Positions 36,765 to 50,029 of a stretch of 64,000 bases of DNA are shown piece after piece (the first letter of the stretch is position 1; the number at the start of each line of letters is the position of its first letter). The notes under the pieces were generated by a model that saw only the letters and a list, made by a program, of their open reading frames with translations, was not told where the DNA came from and did not search any database. The position numbers and the translations under genes were made by a program. This DNA comes from Octopus bimaculoides (lineage: Eukaryota). Location of the stretch: the NCBI RefSeq assembly GCF_001194135.2, contig NC_068986.1, positions 67,093,541 through 67,157,540 on the forward strand. The letters run 5' to 3'.

Positions 36765-37075
36765 CAGGCGCACGGCTTGGTGGTTAGTGGCATTCGTCTC
36801 AGGACCTTTGGAGTCGTTAGTCTCATACCAAGCGGCGCATTGTGTCCATGAGCAATATAATTTGTTTTACGTTGCTTCAGTTCACTCAACTTGTACCTGT
36901 ATTTCATAGGCCCATTCTTGTCACATTTTGTGTCACGCTGAATCTCCCCGAGGACAACATTAACGTTACACGTGACTGTGGAGTGCTCAACCACTTGCAC
37001 GTTAATTTCACGAGCCGGCTGTTCAGTATTTTTTTATCAACTAGAACCCTCATCGTCACAACCTACGAAGTATCA
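36765..37075 (+). mobile_element. Degenerate SINE sharing the family C 3' tail
   Basis: tRNA-like head GGCTTGGTGGTTAG; TGTGTCACGCTGAATCTCCCCGAG...TGTGGAGTGCTCAACCACTTGCACGTTAATTTCACGAGC. Confidence 0.75.
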
Positions 37076-37113
37076 GTATGACCCGAGTTCGCATTGAGCA
37101 TAGGGTATCCAGT

Positions 37114-37152
<39 letters not shown>

Positions 37153-37380
37153 AAATGCAGAGATGCCTATAATAGGACATCTAACCCGCTAGAAAGAGCA
37201 GCAAAAGACTACATACCAGAAAATTAGGGATAATTTCGAAAGGGAATGAAAAATAAAAACATTTACCAATCTATATANNNNNNNNNNNNNNNNNNNNNNN
37301 NNNNNNNNNNNNNNNNNNNNNNNNNNNNNATATATATGCATATACATATAGGAATAATTACTATGAAGCATTGTGTAGAA

Positions 37381-37552
37381 TATACTGTATAAAGGATCGT
37401 GGGTAAGGCCAGAACAATGCGAAGTAAATGCAAGGCAAATCCCAAGAAAACAAATATATGGATTAATGTAGACTTACCTTACATTCAATAGTTCGGGGTT
37501 ATGACCCCATTTTCAGGAAACTGGCCTTACCCACAATCCTTTATACAATATA
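37381..37552. mobile_element. 172-bp MITE with 32-bp TIRs
   Basis: TATACTGTATAAAGGATCGTGGGTAAGGCCAG (37381-37412) versus the reverse complement of 37521-37552: 30/32 identical. Confidence 0.8.
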
Positions 37553-38447
37553 TATATATTATTTCTAGAAGCATATTACCCTTCGGTTTTAAGGCATTAT
37601 GGTTTGATTTGACAGAGATTTGGTTGCTATTTTTCACAGATGTATGCCTATGATATTGATTCTATCACTTGCTAGTTCTAATTTAGTTTTATAAAGGAAG
37701 TGTTTAGTTCATGGTTTCGGTCTCAGTAGATGAATAGTACGAGTTTCATTAGCTCTAGAAGAAAAGAATGCAAATTTTCCCAACAGGATTTGTATTAGAA
37801 AATAGAGGGACGAAATTAACTATTCGTTCATATTTAACCAGATTCCCTACGATATCTGTCATTTCACAGCGCTAACGAAGATACTGTCTTTTAACTTAGT
37901 CACAAAAATAACCACTTAAGAGAGAGTATCATTCAACCACGGTAGTGGTTGAATATATTCTTAAGTCCACCATTTCGTCAATCGCAGCAGCTTCCAAGCT
38001 TCACCACTAATTCAGTTCTCAACTAAATTGTAAACTGTTAACAGTTTTAAAGTGGACACACCCTCAGCTACACTTTGGCATAAATAGTTTGAGATTTTGT
38101 TCAGTAGGAAAAAATGTTATATCAAAATATCTGCGACATCAAGGGGGGCAGTAAGGCAGATATTCGTCTTCAATTAACAAAAATGTTTTAATTTTAAATT
38201 TAATGTATACTTTTCTTAGGCTTAAATGATAGAAAAATGCATGAGGAATTTAGAATCGCTAGTCGCATTGAACAAAAATTAGTAGAAAAGGAGTTATGAG
38301 GTAAAATGTTACGAAATTTCATGTCAGTAAGGAAGTAAAGGAGTAACTCTCTAGCAATAAGAATAAATAAAGAATATCTTTCTAAAATGACCGCATACTT
38401 TAAAAGCCTACTGAACCTTTTGTTACCCCATACGTCAAAATCGCAAC

Positions 38448-38821
38448 TCATTCTGGCCATGCTGGAGCACCGCCTTTAGTCGACCAGGTAGACCCCAGGA
38501 CTTATACTTTGTAAGCCTAGTACTTATTCTACCGGTCACTTTTGCCGAACCGCTAAGTTACGGGGACGTAAACACACCAGCATCGGTTGTCAAGCGATGT
38601 TGGGGGACAAATGCAGACACACAAACACACGCACACACACACATATATACATATACATATATACGACCGGCTTCTTTCAGTTTCTGTCTACCAAATCCAC
38701 TCACAAGGCCTTGGTCGCCCTAGGCTATAATAGAAAACACTTGCCAAAGGTGCCACGCAGTGGGACTGAACCCGGGACTATGTTGTTGGTAAGCATGCTA
38801 CTTATCACACAGCCACTCCTG
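38448..38821 (-). mobile_element. Full-length SINE family B with internal (TA/CA)n tract
   Basis: Contains both the 5' half (CTGAACCCGGGAC, CCAAATCCACTCACAAGG) and the 3' half (CTTTTGCCGAACCGCTAAGTTACGGGGACG, GGCCATGCTGGAGCACCGCC). Confidence 0.9.
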
Positions 38822-39023
38822 ATATACATACATACATGCATACATACATACATACATATNNNNNNNNNNNNNNNNNNNNNNNNNNNNNNNNNNNNNNNNN
38901 NNNNNNNNNNNNNNNNNNNNNNNNNNNNNNNNNNNNNNNNNNNNNNNNNNNNNNNNNNNNNNNNNNNNNNNNNNNNNNNNNNNNNNNNNNNNNNNNNNNN
39001 NNNNNNNNNNNNNNNNNNNNNNN

Positions 39024-39177
39024 ATTAAGGGATCAGCAACAGTTGCTTAACCACATACCAAAATTTAGAAATAGCAGTTAAAGTGCTATCTGTTGGAGTC
39101 TTATTTTAGAATTAGCACTTTAACTGCTATTTCTCAATTTCGGTATGTGGTGAAGCAACTGTTGCTGATCCTTTAAT
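39024..39177. repeat. Fold-back: 65-bp arms, 24-nt loop
   Basis: 39024-39088 versus the reverse complement of 39113-39177, with only a few mismatches. The left arm abuts a gap. Confidence 0.9.
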
Positions 39178-39404
39178 TATGTTTATAAATTTAAAAGAAC
39201 TTTTTAAATAAGTTCTTTACCGATAATGGCTTTTTACATACCGAACTACTTGGTAAAAATTATTAATTAATTAATAATCCTTTGCCCCGTATTTATATAT
39301 ATATATATATAAAGATAATAAATGTTGGAGTTGATCCATTTGACTAAAGATCCATCAAATGGATGAACCCCAGCACTTATTTTCTTTTTAACTCAAGGAC
39401 TTAG

Positions 39405-39542
39405 TTTTCCATCAACCAAATCTGCTCACAAGACTTTGCTCATCCGGAGACTATAGTAGAAGACACTTGCCCAAGGTGTTAAGCAGTGGAGTGAACCCGG
39501 AACCATATGATTGGGAAGTAAGCTTTTTACCACACAGCCACA
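39405..39542 (-). mobile_element. SINE family B, 5' half
   Basis: ACCAAATCTGCTCACAAGAC..TATAGTAGAAGACACTTGCCCAAGGTG..GAACCCGGAACCATATG. Confidence 0.8.
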
Positions 39543-40102
39543 ATAGCATTAAATTGAAATGATTCCGTAGATATGGTTCTTATGTTTTGTTCTGTGTGGG
39601 TTTTCCAAAACAATTATGAAATTTGTTACTTAAATAGAATTTATGGCTATTTGAAAATAAGGGCATTGTAAATATAGTATCTGTATTTCTCCATTGTTAT
39701 AGATGAAGAAATGCAATAATGAAGTGGAGATTTCAATATAAATTGTAGAAAATATGTAATTAGAAATAGACGGAGAAAATAAAAGCTGGAAAATATATAA
39801 TTAGTCGTTCTTCCACTTGGTTTACTGTGAAATTAATTGTTGGCTACTTCCCCCATGTTACTGTCTTACATCTTCACCCTTCTTCAATCACGTGTTTTCA
39901 TCTACAGTTCCTTATATGGTTAAGTAATTATGTATATGTCGGTACCTTTGTTTTTCTCCATCCGTCTCCATCTGGTTGAATTTTGTTTCCCTTACATTAT
40001 TTTCCCCTATTCTATGTAGCATGATTTTATGTCTTATGTTCGTTCTGTTAATCCGCCTTAACTATGAAAATGTCAATAATATATTGTCTTTCACAGTCTT
40101 AA

Positions 40103-40305
40103 AACCGCGACCTGGCAGACTCTTTAGCACATGGAACAAAATGCTTAGCAGCATTTGGTCTGTCTAGTTTTCTGCCGAGCTCATGTTCTCGTTTTATACT
40201 TTCGTAGTCGATAAAATAAGTACCAGTTGAGCCCTGGAAACAATGTAATCGACCTACCCACTGTCGCAAAATTGCTAGCCCTGTACCAAAATTTGAGACC
40301 AATAT
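40103..40305 (+). mobile_element. SINE family A
   Basis: GCGACCTGGCAGACTCTTTAGCAC..AAAATGCTTAGCAGCATTT..GTCGATAAAATAAGTACCAGTTGAGC. Confidence 0.8.
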
Positions 40306-40519
40306 ATTTCTGACAGTTTTCTGAAGGGTTTTGAAGTTATTAAAAGATAACCTTTTCATGGACATAAAACCTTGTGAAAAATTCTTTCTTGAGGTTTTTT
40401 ATAAATTTAAAATTGTTTGAACAATTCTTTTTCTTAAATTGTTGAAATGGTGATAATTTTTCGAAAAGGATCAGTTGTAAAGATGAATATGGTTTTTGTC
40501 GATTATGTGAGTAATCTGT

Positions 40520-41630
40520 TTGAGCAGAAATGAAGGCGACGGTGGAGCATTTAAACTAGTGGTTATTTACGCTCCGACAGGAACTGGATGGTCGGATTTC
40601 ATTAAAAGCCTAGAAGCTTTACGAGTAATGTGTCGTTGTTTAACGTAAGTGTATAAGTGGAATTGGATTTTTTGACATTCGCAAACATTATATTGGGGTA
40701 CCCGATCGGATAGTGGCATGGAAAAGCCTCGCAAACCTTGATATTTCCAACTGTGTAACGTATTTCGCCTCGATTTTCACAATGGCCATTATGGACCTGG
40801 TCAGCTCGCAGTGGGATATTTAGTTCTTATTTATGAGCTTCTTTCAGGTTAAGAGATGAATTTAGCATAACTTATTCACAGTCTCAGATAGTTGGCTATC
40901 CAGGTCTTGGTCATCTAAGAAAGACGAAGGACAATTATATTGTTTCTGTAAGATGAAAGCATACTTCCCGACGCGGAAGCATTTCAGGAATCGAATTAGT
41001 GTACAACTTAATTGAGAATTAAGTGGAACAATGATCAGCCACTGGAGATGGGTTTCCCTGAAAAGAAAAAATGAAGAAGTTGGCTTTATGAAAGAGATTG
41101 TTTTAAGGAACAGCAGAATAGCAAAGAGAGTAGATGTGCATGGAAGAGGCATCATTAACCACTAGCTAGCAGTGAGAATGGCGCTCTACCATTTCTTTGA
41201 CACGAAATAGGTACGGCGTGTTGTTCAACCTAGGACATGTAGTCTGATACATGAGGTCAACGAAAAATATACTTTGAGCTCGGTTGATAGGAGTGCAGCA
41301 TGGCAACAGAGCCAACAGAGCTAGAATCCGGTCTATGACGAACCTCGGCGGATGTGTGACCTCTAATTCTAAAGGAACGAGTGCGGTTAACTGTTTGCTG
41401 TGTTTCATTGAGGCAGTGTTGGACATGTGCTAAGCCACCGTATAAAGAGAGCAAAAATGGGATCTGCTGATCTGCCCTATGAGTTATATTTTCACACGCC
41501 AGATTCGTTTGTTCCTATCTTAGCAGCGGTTTATTGCAGCTGGCAGGTGACTGCTGATTAGAAGCATTCCCAGTCGAGTGAGCCGCCAAGTGGTGACACT
41601 GCTGAGAAATGATCAGAACAAAAGGGACAC
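40520..41630 (+). mobile_element. Tx1/L1-like LINE ORF2 fragment (AP endonuclease to start of RT), decayed
   Basis: GDGGAFKLVVIYAPTG..SDFIKSLE; FRNRISVQLN*ELSGTMISHWRWVSLKRK; DLPYELYFHTPDSFVPILAAVYCSWQ (DG.PYE.Y motif before the RT). Confidence 0.65.
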
Positions 41631-41870
41631 GACAGAAAATGTCGGACTATAAATCTGCCCAACACAAAGTTAAATATTTTGGGAAAGGTGCTCACAGAGA
41701 GACTAATGAGGCTGAATACTTCTACCTTGAATATGTTTTTTTTTTATTTCGTTTACATCTTGAGCCTTTGTGGTCAATAAATAAATCAATTAAAAAAACT
41801 CCACCTCTTCCTCATCTTCATCACATATTATTATTATCGTTATTATCACTATCATATTTAGGCGTAGGCG

Positions 41871-41997
41871 TAGCTGTATAGGTAAGAAGCTTACTTCCCA
41901 GCCACGCACGAGGTACACTGGATAAGTTTCTTCCATTAAAGCCCTGGGCAGACCAAAACATTGTGAGTGGATTCGGTAACTGAAAAAAGCCCATCGT
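41871..41997 (+). mobile_element. SINE family B 5' half (3' half resumes at about 42800-43005)
   Basis: GGTAAGAAGCTTACTTCCCAGCCAC..TGTGAGTGGATTCGGTA..AAGCCCATCGT. Confidence 0.75.
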
Positions 41998-42791
41998 CAG
42001 GGTATTCGGGCTAAATTTGACAGTTTGCATAAAAGGAAATGAAAACACAATATCCTGTCCATAAATAAAATTGTTTGAAGAAATACCAATTAGATTATGG
42101 CTGGGAGATAACAGTTTACTCAAATTTGCTGCTCTAGGCTTCCACGATGGCGTCAAGGCAGCTCAAGAATCTGGTTCATGCGTTCCTCACTGTGTTGCAT
42201 GAACGATCTTTGAACACCTCTTCGATCTTGCTCCCCAGCTAGGATTTGTTGCAAAGAGAGTAATTGGAGTTGGACAGGTTGAAGAAATACTTCGACAACC
42301 ACTTTTGAATCTCTTTAGAGATATGACAAGGAACTGAATTCTACTGCCATACACATGGCATTCCAACTGCAGCTTTCTGCAGCCGGTGATTGACAACTGT
42401 CTCCAGAATTTTCATATAGCCGTCTGAATTGAGCCTAAGGCCCTCTTAAAGTATGTGAGGCTGAATCCCGGCATGCAGACGCAGTTAGAATACCTGTTTT
42501 CCCACTTCCTGCGGGTCAAGGCTTTGCCGTTTCCGTTGCAGCTGTCCATGTCACATTTTGTAGTCTATACACTGTTCACAGAGCATTGAGTAGCAGTCAT
42601 GATGTCGCCATTTTGATATCTAGCGCGAACCATCCTGATACGAGTAATTCTTATTCAGATGGCTTCCAAATCTTCCAGGTCAGCTCAGTTTTTCTCAACT
42701 ACAACTTTTATCTTTATGCTCTCTAACGCTTTTGGCTGTTCACCAATACATCAAGGCGTTCCTGAAAAAAAGAAGACATTAAAAAATCCTC
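41998..42791 (-). mobile_element. Internally deleted DD37D (maT)-like Tc1/mariner element nested in a SINE
   Basis: CAGGGTATTCGGGCTAAATTTGACAG terminus at 41998. Minus strand LNSDGYMKILETVV..VWQ*NSVPCHISK..FLSCLDAIVEA*..FE*. Family assignment is by motif similarity because the D-D spacer is partly deleted. Confidence 0.7.
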
Positions 42792-42799
42792 TATACATC

Positions 42800-43005
42800 T
42801 GTGTGCATGTTTATCCTCCATTCACCCCCTACTTGACAATCGGCATTGTCTGCTTATGTTACATAGCGCTTCGGCAAAAGAGACAATAGAATAAGTACTA
42901 GACTCCAAAACACAAGGGGTCGCTTGTTCTACTAAATCCGTTGAATACAGTACCCAAGTACTACTGAAATCCAATGACTAAGCAGGTGTAAGATAAAAGA
43001 TAATA
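42800..43005 (+). mobile_element. SINE family B, 3' half
   Basis: CTTGACAATCGGC..TTCGGCAAAAGAGACAATAGAATAAGTACTAG..AATGACTAA. Confidence 0.75.
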
Positions 43006-43409
43006 AACATGTCTTTATATTCATTTTTTCACGCTGTTATATTAATCTTCAGCTCTCCACATTCTCATCCCACAATTTCTATTAATTATTTTTCTTTCGT
43101 ATTTCTTTTTTTATATTTATGATTTTATATTTCATGTTTCTCTTTACTCCATACAATGATAGTTTTATTTATATTTGTTCTTCTTTTATTACTTTTATTT
43201 TTAAGTTTTCAAACTAATTCGACCTGATTACCATACGCCTCTTATACGGCTCCGGCACGCTGTTGTGCTATCATCATTGTTGTCGATAACATACCGGCTT
43301 TTTAATGGTTATTTGTTGACCACCAATTTGTTTTTGCTTAGCAGTAACGGAGTATTTAAGTCGGCTGTGCATAAACAATTTCAACTATATTACATACATA
43401 CAATTATAC

Positions 43410-43642
43410 ATGCTGTCACTGCGTCGTTTCCGACGACAAGGATTTCAGCTGATCCGATCAACGGAACAACAAGCTCAAGAAATTAACGTGCTAGTAGCTG
43501 AGCACTGCACAGACCAGTGTACTCTTAACGTAATTCTGAGGGAAATTCAGCGTGATACAGAATTTGACAAGGTTGGCCCTTTCAAATACAAGTACAACTC
43601 ATTTTTGCTAGCTGAGTGGACTGGAGCAACGTGAAATAAAGT
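43410..43642 (-). mobile_element. SINE 3' part sharing the family C tail
   Basis: GATCCGATCAACGGAACA..GAAATTAACGTGC..GCTGAGCACTGCACAGAC..CTTAACGTA. Confidence 0.75.
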
Positions 43643-43676
43643 CAATCTTTACTTAGCCCTACACATGAATATACAC

Positions 43677-43727
<51 letters not shown>

Positions 43728-45379
43728 TCAATTTAGAAGAAAGGTATGTATCGATTTAGAAGAAAATGTTATACAACATGTCCACCCAACTGTCGATCCT
43801 TAATATCACAAGCAACCACAGACGGTTAATTGGATTAATTAATCTAACTTTAAAATTAAAGCTATAAGAAATGATTACATTTTAATATGTTATACATTAA
43901 AAACGTATTTTTTAAATTTCTCATTCAAGCAAAAATATTCAGTCTTTACGTAGTCGTTGGACAGCGAGAAATAGCAGCCACATTTTCCTCCGCTCTTTAA
44001 TGTTTTAAAAATGGAAATAACATAATGAACTATCAAATATTCGATACCCATAGAATGACGAAATTTGGATACCTGTCATATCAATCATCATAAGTCTTCT
44101 CGATCGGGTGTGACTTGGGTCTACTCAACAACAAACAGCCTAATTTACTCTTTTTTGTATATACACAATCATAGGCTGTACCATTTATTACGGATAAAAT
44201 TAAGAATCATTTTTGTTAATCGGTCTCTCAACTTTTGTGTTGAGTAAATGTGTTGTGGTAATTTGTGCTAAGTTAACAAAAATTCTCTGGTAATTTTTGT
44301 TTTTCTGAACAATATCAGTGTTTTCTTAATATTCTTATATATGTTGAGCCACGTATGAAGATCCACGTAGCGAAGTACTTCCGTTTTACAATTAATGAAG
44401 ATTAATTTTTTTTTTTCTGAACGAGCAAATAAGTCGACGTTCTCTGTCTAAATACTAAAAAATTCGACGTCGCATCTGATCTGTCCGAAATCAATAAAAC
44501 AATAAGTGGACGTGCATCGAGGCGAATCTATCAAATATAAACCATCCGTACACATTCATGTTCTTGTATCAAATATAGAAATGTATATGACCTCAGAATT
44601 CAAATCAAAGGAAGATGCAGAGGACAATATTAGAACTTTTATGGATGTATCCGCCTCCATTTTGGCGACTTTTACTGATAAAATCAATGCAGCAATATTC
44701 TCTATAATAATTGTTTTTTGTTTTCCTTTCACACAACATTTCTCTCTGATGGTGCCGAGGAGTTTATAACTTAATGATCTAAATGGATATTTATGTTGCA
44801 GGCTGTTGTCGATTACATTATATAGTTTATCTTTGTTATCTAAATCGTATGTACTGTACAAATAGGGAAATACATTTTCTTATCAGAATAGCATGTAAAG
44901 AGGATTAATGCGTTAAAACAAGATTAGTTGCTAGAAACACACTAGAGTGTTCCAGCATTTTTACACTGAAAACGACTCGTCCTTTTGGCTCATATCCAGC
45001 TTAAAGACGAACCATTCCGACTGAATGACCCAAAGAATCTGAAAAATTTCCGCCTGAACTCAAGTAGAACTCTTACAAAGAGTTTAATGAAAAGCGAAAT
45101 ATATAATTACTAATTTCTCTACTTGTTTTTCTGTTGGCAAAAATTCCTCTTTTAACTACCAACTATATTTAGTACGTTATTTTGAATGGGAACATCTTCC
45201 ATAGGAGTTGCATTTCCCCACACACTTCCCATAACACTTGTGTGAAAAAAGGTATGTATGTATGTAAAAGCTTATGTATGTGTAAATGCATGCAAGTAAA
45301 TATGTATGTGTATGTGTATCTATGTTTACATGTGTTTGCATTTGTGTAAGCCAACACCTATGTACGCTGTGCTTTCAGA

Positions 45380-45512
45380 GGGAGGAAGAAAGAGAGAGAA
45401 CAACAGAAGGAAGTTGAGGAGGAGAGAGAGAAGGAGAAAGAGATAGATAGATAGAGATAGAGATAGATAGAGAGAAGAGAGAGAGAGTGAGAAGGAGAGA
45501 GAGTGAGAGAGG

Positions 45513-45571
<59 letters not shown>
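45380..45571. repeat. (GA)n/(GATA)n purine tract
   Basis: Directly visible. Confidence 0.95.
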
Positions 45572-45575
<4 letters not shown>

Positions 45576-46989
45576 GAACAGAAACCGAGACTGATGCTTG
45601 TCAGTGTGGTTCTAAAATATTTCTGGCCAACTACCACAATAAATTATCTTTAATGTAGCTGAACAAAGTTATTTTACAGGAGATTTATTTGAAATAATTT
45701 ATTATGACTTATATATGTAGCAGTTCGAAACACAATCGTACAAATATATATACAGGTACATCTTGCCAGTATCTAGTGGATAAGAAATCAGTCTCTTTTA
45801 GATAAAACAATAACTTAGTTGCAACAAGGATAATCTGGAATTAAGTACGTTAACCTCGAGACTTTATGCTGCTAGCAGTAGGAAATATTGTCATGTGACA
45901 AAATGTTGGCTGATATTCTGAAATATGCGATTATGTTTTATATAGAGAATCAGATATGTTGAAGTCATCTTTCGAAGTTTTTGTAATTTCTCTCTCATGA
46001 AATTCCATGATCTCATCAGGTGATTGAAAGGTGTTAAAGGGAATTAAAGGTATAGCCTTGTGATTGAGAACTAAGTTTCAAAACAACATGATTTCGGGTT
46101 CAATCATACTGTCTGGAAGTCTGGCCTTTTGGAATGGTGTCTCTTATTATAACTTTGGGTCGCCTAATCCGTTGAAAGTGACCGTCTACAGGAACCAGTA
46201 AAAGGTACGTTCCTTTTGCCCAGTTTATTACAACGCCTGACATTGGCTAACTTTAGTACAACCCATACAGTCGCATGTATTAGGGAGAGATCTGGAGTCC
46301 TACTTTACTTTTCTCTATATTACAATCTTTCTTTATAGAAATGAATTATACTTAATTATAATTAGCAAGAACAAGGCATCCCTCGGAGTTGAGGAGCTAA
46401 GTGCTTTAGGCAAGAATCCAAAATATACGAACTGTGCTATGAATACTCTCAATGGTCACCTGTTTAGTGAAGATCTATTTAGTTAACATGTATCTAAAAG
46501 ATTTTCTTTTAAATTTTGATTACTTTGCAACATCTCATTAACAGAAACTTGTAATAAACTTTCAAAGCGTCATCTTTATTTATTTAGATAAGATTACTTA
46601 AATAGAAACCTAAAACCAACGGTTGTAATGAGGCCGTTAAAAAAAATTAGAGACGTTTCGCTAACAATGTTTATTCCTTTATATTAAACACTGTTTTCTC
46701 CTCTTTGATGAACATTAATATCACAGAACGTAATTTCATTATCATAGATTTTCTATTAATATTTCATCATCTCCCTTATTTGATGCAATTTTAAATGCCA
46801 TATCAGATCGATTTACGCAGTGTAAATACTATATCCATGCCTGTAATAGAAATGCAAATTAATACAGAAAGATTCTTGAGATTTGTTTTGATTTCGATGA
46901 CATGCTTTAAGATGTGGCATATTTTATATTAGGAATCCTCGACAAACATTAAGGTCTAACCTTCAGCTACATATATATATATATATATA

Positions 46990-47150
46990 GGCATAGTTGT
47001 GGTTGTGTAGTAAGTTTGCTTCCCAACCACATGTATCCGGGTTAACACAGCGTGGTACTTTGGGCAAGTGTGTTCTAGACCCTCGGGATGATGAAGGCAT
47101 TATGAGTGGATTTGGTAGGCGTAGACGGAAACTGAAAGAAGCCTCTTGTA
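46990..47150 (+). mobile_element. SINE family B, 5' half
   Basis: GTAAGTTTGCTTCCCAACCACATG..TTGGGCAAGTGTGTTCT..GAGTGGATTTGGTAG..GACGGAAACTGAAAGAAGCC. Confidence 0.8.
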
Positions 47151-47170
47151 CATGCACACACATACACACA

Positions 47171-47297
<127 letters not shown>

Positions 47298-47954
47298 GTA
47301 AGTTCAAGATTCAAGTGAATCGAGTCCTTAAATAGTAAAGCAATAAGCTTGGGTCAATGAAATCGCTATCGCATACAAATTAAGATTAGAGGAATATATA
47401 CGTACACACTGAAGTAAACAAGAATTTATATCCCAGTTGCATATACGATCACAGACAGCCGACTGAATATACCACAAGTCTCAAGGCTGCACTTTTCTAC
47501 AAACATTGCATCAATTGTACTGAACTCAGTGGACACCAGATCCATTCTAATTGCAGGTTCCGAGTTAGGTGAACAATAAACAAATAACAATAGATGGATT
47601 GTGGTTCACTCACCACATCTGTTTCAAACAGACGTGCTTTTTATTGATGAATAGAATTATTATATCATGCAGGTTCACAAGGTAAATATATGCTGAAATT
47701 AAACATTTCACAACCTCTTAGAATATCCAAGTATTTGCCAGTTCACAACTCTCTAGCCATCTTCAGTCAAAGAATCGTGAAATGGCGCACACTTGGATTT
47801 TGAAAAATGTTTTGAAATTTTTAATTTGTGCACATATTCGACTAATGAAAACGTTTTATTCCGCATGATATAATAATTATTCATCAATAAAAACACGTCT
47901 GCAACAACTGTAGTGAGGAGGGAGCTGCAGACTATCTGTAGTTATTATATGTGT

Positions 47955-48150
47955 GTGTATGTGCGTTTGTCCCCCACCATCGTTTGACGACCGGTCTTGG
48001 TTTACGTCCACGTAGCATGGCGTTCGACCAAACACACCGACAGAATAAAAACCAACGTTAAAAAGTTATGGGGTCAATATATCTGACTAAGAACTCTTCA
48101 AGGCGGTGCTCCAGCATGGTCACAGCCTATTGACTGAAAGAAGTAAAAGG
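47955..48150 (+). mobile_element. SINE family B, 3' half
   Basis: TTTGTCCCCCACCATCGTTTGACGACCGG..CAAGGCGGTGCTCCAGCATGGTCACAG..GACTGAAAGAAGTAAAAG. Confidence 0.8.
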
Positions 48151-48174
48151 TAACTGGTGAAAGATTTGTGTATA

Positions 48175-48385
48175 TGTGCGTGTATGAAAGTGTCTGTATG
48201 CGTTTATGAAGGTGTGTGTGCGTGCGTGTATGAACGTGTGTGTGCGTATATGAAGGTGTGTGCGTGTGTGAAGGTGTGTGTGTGTGTGTGCTTGTATGAT
48301 AGTGTGTGTGTGTGTGTGTGTGCTTGTATGAAGGTGTGTGCGTGCGTATATGAAGGTGTGTGCGTGCGTGTATGAAGGTGTGTGA
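48175..48385. repeat. Degenerate minisatellite of about 20-24-bp unit TATGAAGGTGTGTGCGTGCG(TG)
   Basis: ATGAAGGTGTG and close variants recur between (TG)n spacers. Confidence 0.8.
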
Positions 48386-50029
48386 GTTACATGCCTGGCT
48401 CTCTGCACTGGAAGTATTTTTGCCTTTATATAGAAGTGTGTATGTAAATATGTACATATTTAACAAATTTAACCCGAGTTGGAAAATATATCAAAGAAAA
48501 CATGCCGATTAACAAAAATCAAATATTTTGCCTTTGATATGAGATTACATTTCGGATAAAATTTCGGATAATATTTAATACTGGAATATTTCTAGCGGAT
48601 TCAAGTTTCTCTATAAAGTTATTCTATATTCATTAATTCATTATATTCTTTTGAATAATAATTTTCCTCTCTTCAGTTTCTTATTATATCGAGGATAAAC
48701 TGAATACATAGCATTCGTTATTATGAAACTTAAGGAAAGATCACAGACGCGTTACGTTGGAGAATATTAATTATGTAATTAGCTTGTCGATCTATCAGAA
48801 TATAATATCCTTTACTTGCGTAGGTTTTCATTGTAATGTTGAAGTGTGTATAGACACTGGATTTTAGTCGTTAGCGCAAATTAACTAATTTCGCATGCTC
48901 TTTTGTGTTTTCCACTTGATATAAGAGTTATTAGAAGAAACTTTAAGCATCTTAAGTGCCAGATGGAGAAATAACCATGGATGAGAATTATTCAAGTAGA
49001 TATCTATTATTCAAGTAGATATAGAGGAGATTCTCCAATTGATATTATTGCTGACTGTGAACTCATGTGACAGTTCAAATCCGTTTCACATATTTCTATT
49101 TCCTTTTGTTAACTTAGCTATCCAAGTGGTTATATATACACCCCAAAATTCTAATTACTTTAGATTAGGATCATGCCCAAGCCGATGAGCAGGTTGTTCT
49201 TTAAACACACAGACAAAACCTACCCTCTATGTATGTACGAATACACACACGCACATAAACACACAGATACACACATACACACACACACGTGTATGTGTGT
49301 GCATCAAGTTCAGTTTTCATGACGGTAATGTTCCACGCTTAGTGCTTGGTGACTCAATGTCACTGAAAATCACTTTAAAATATTACGTTAAATCCTTGTA
49401 AAATGACAATGAAAATGAATCTTAACGAATGTAGATCCATAGAATTATGAGGCAGTCATTTGATTTGATCTGCTCGATCTCATCAGCTACCTGAGCGCTT
49501 ATAATTAAGCTTTAATGAGAGTGATATCTTTTATGGAATACACGCCGTTAAGCACACAATATTTTGGGATAAGTGGTATATCTCATTGGTTTTTTTAATC
49601 GCCTGAGATACAGTAGCATGTCTGTTTTTTTAAGATACTCTAGGCACAGACATGGTTTCCTGGTTAGGAACGTTTTTTCACAATTACATAATTGCAGGTT
49701 CGATCTTACACCATGGTATTTTACAGCCTTTTATTGTAGCTTTAGTTCGTCCAATGCCTTGTGAGTAAACGTTGTGATACTGGAATCGTAGATGTATTAA
49801 GTCTACTGGGAACGTTATAATCGAAGCTAATTCAGACTGCCTATGAAATTCCAAAGAACTGACAAAGCTAATTTGACAACATGTGATCTTGTAAAAATCC
49901 TGTCGGTGCATTTGGAGTCTGAGTCGATATTTTCAACAATACCTACATGCACATATGTGTGTCTGTGTGTGTGTCTGTGTGTGTGTCTGTGTGTCTGTGT
50001 GTGTCTTTGTGCGTGTATGTCTGTATGTA

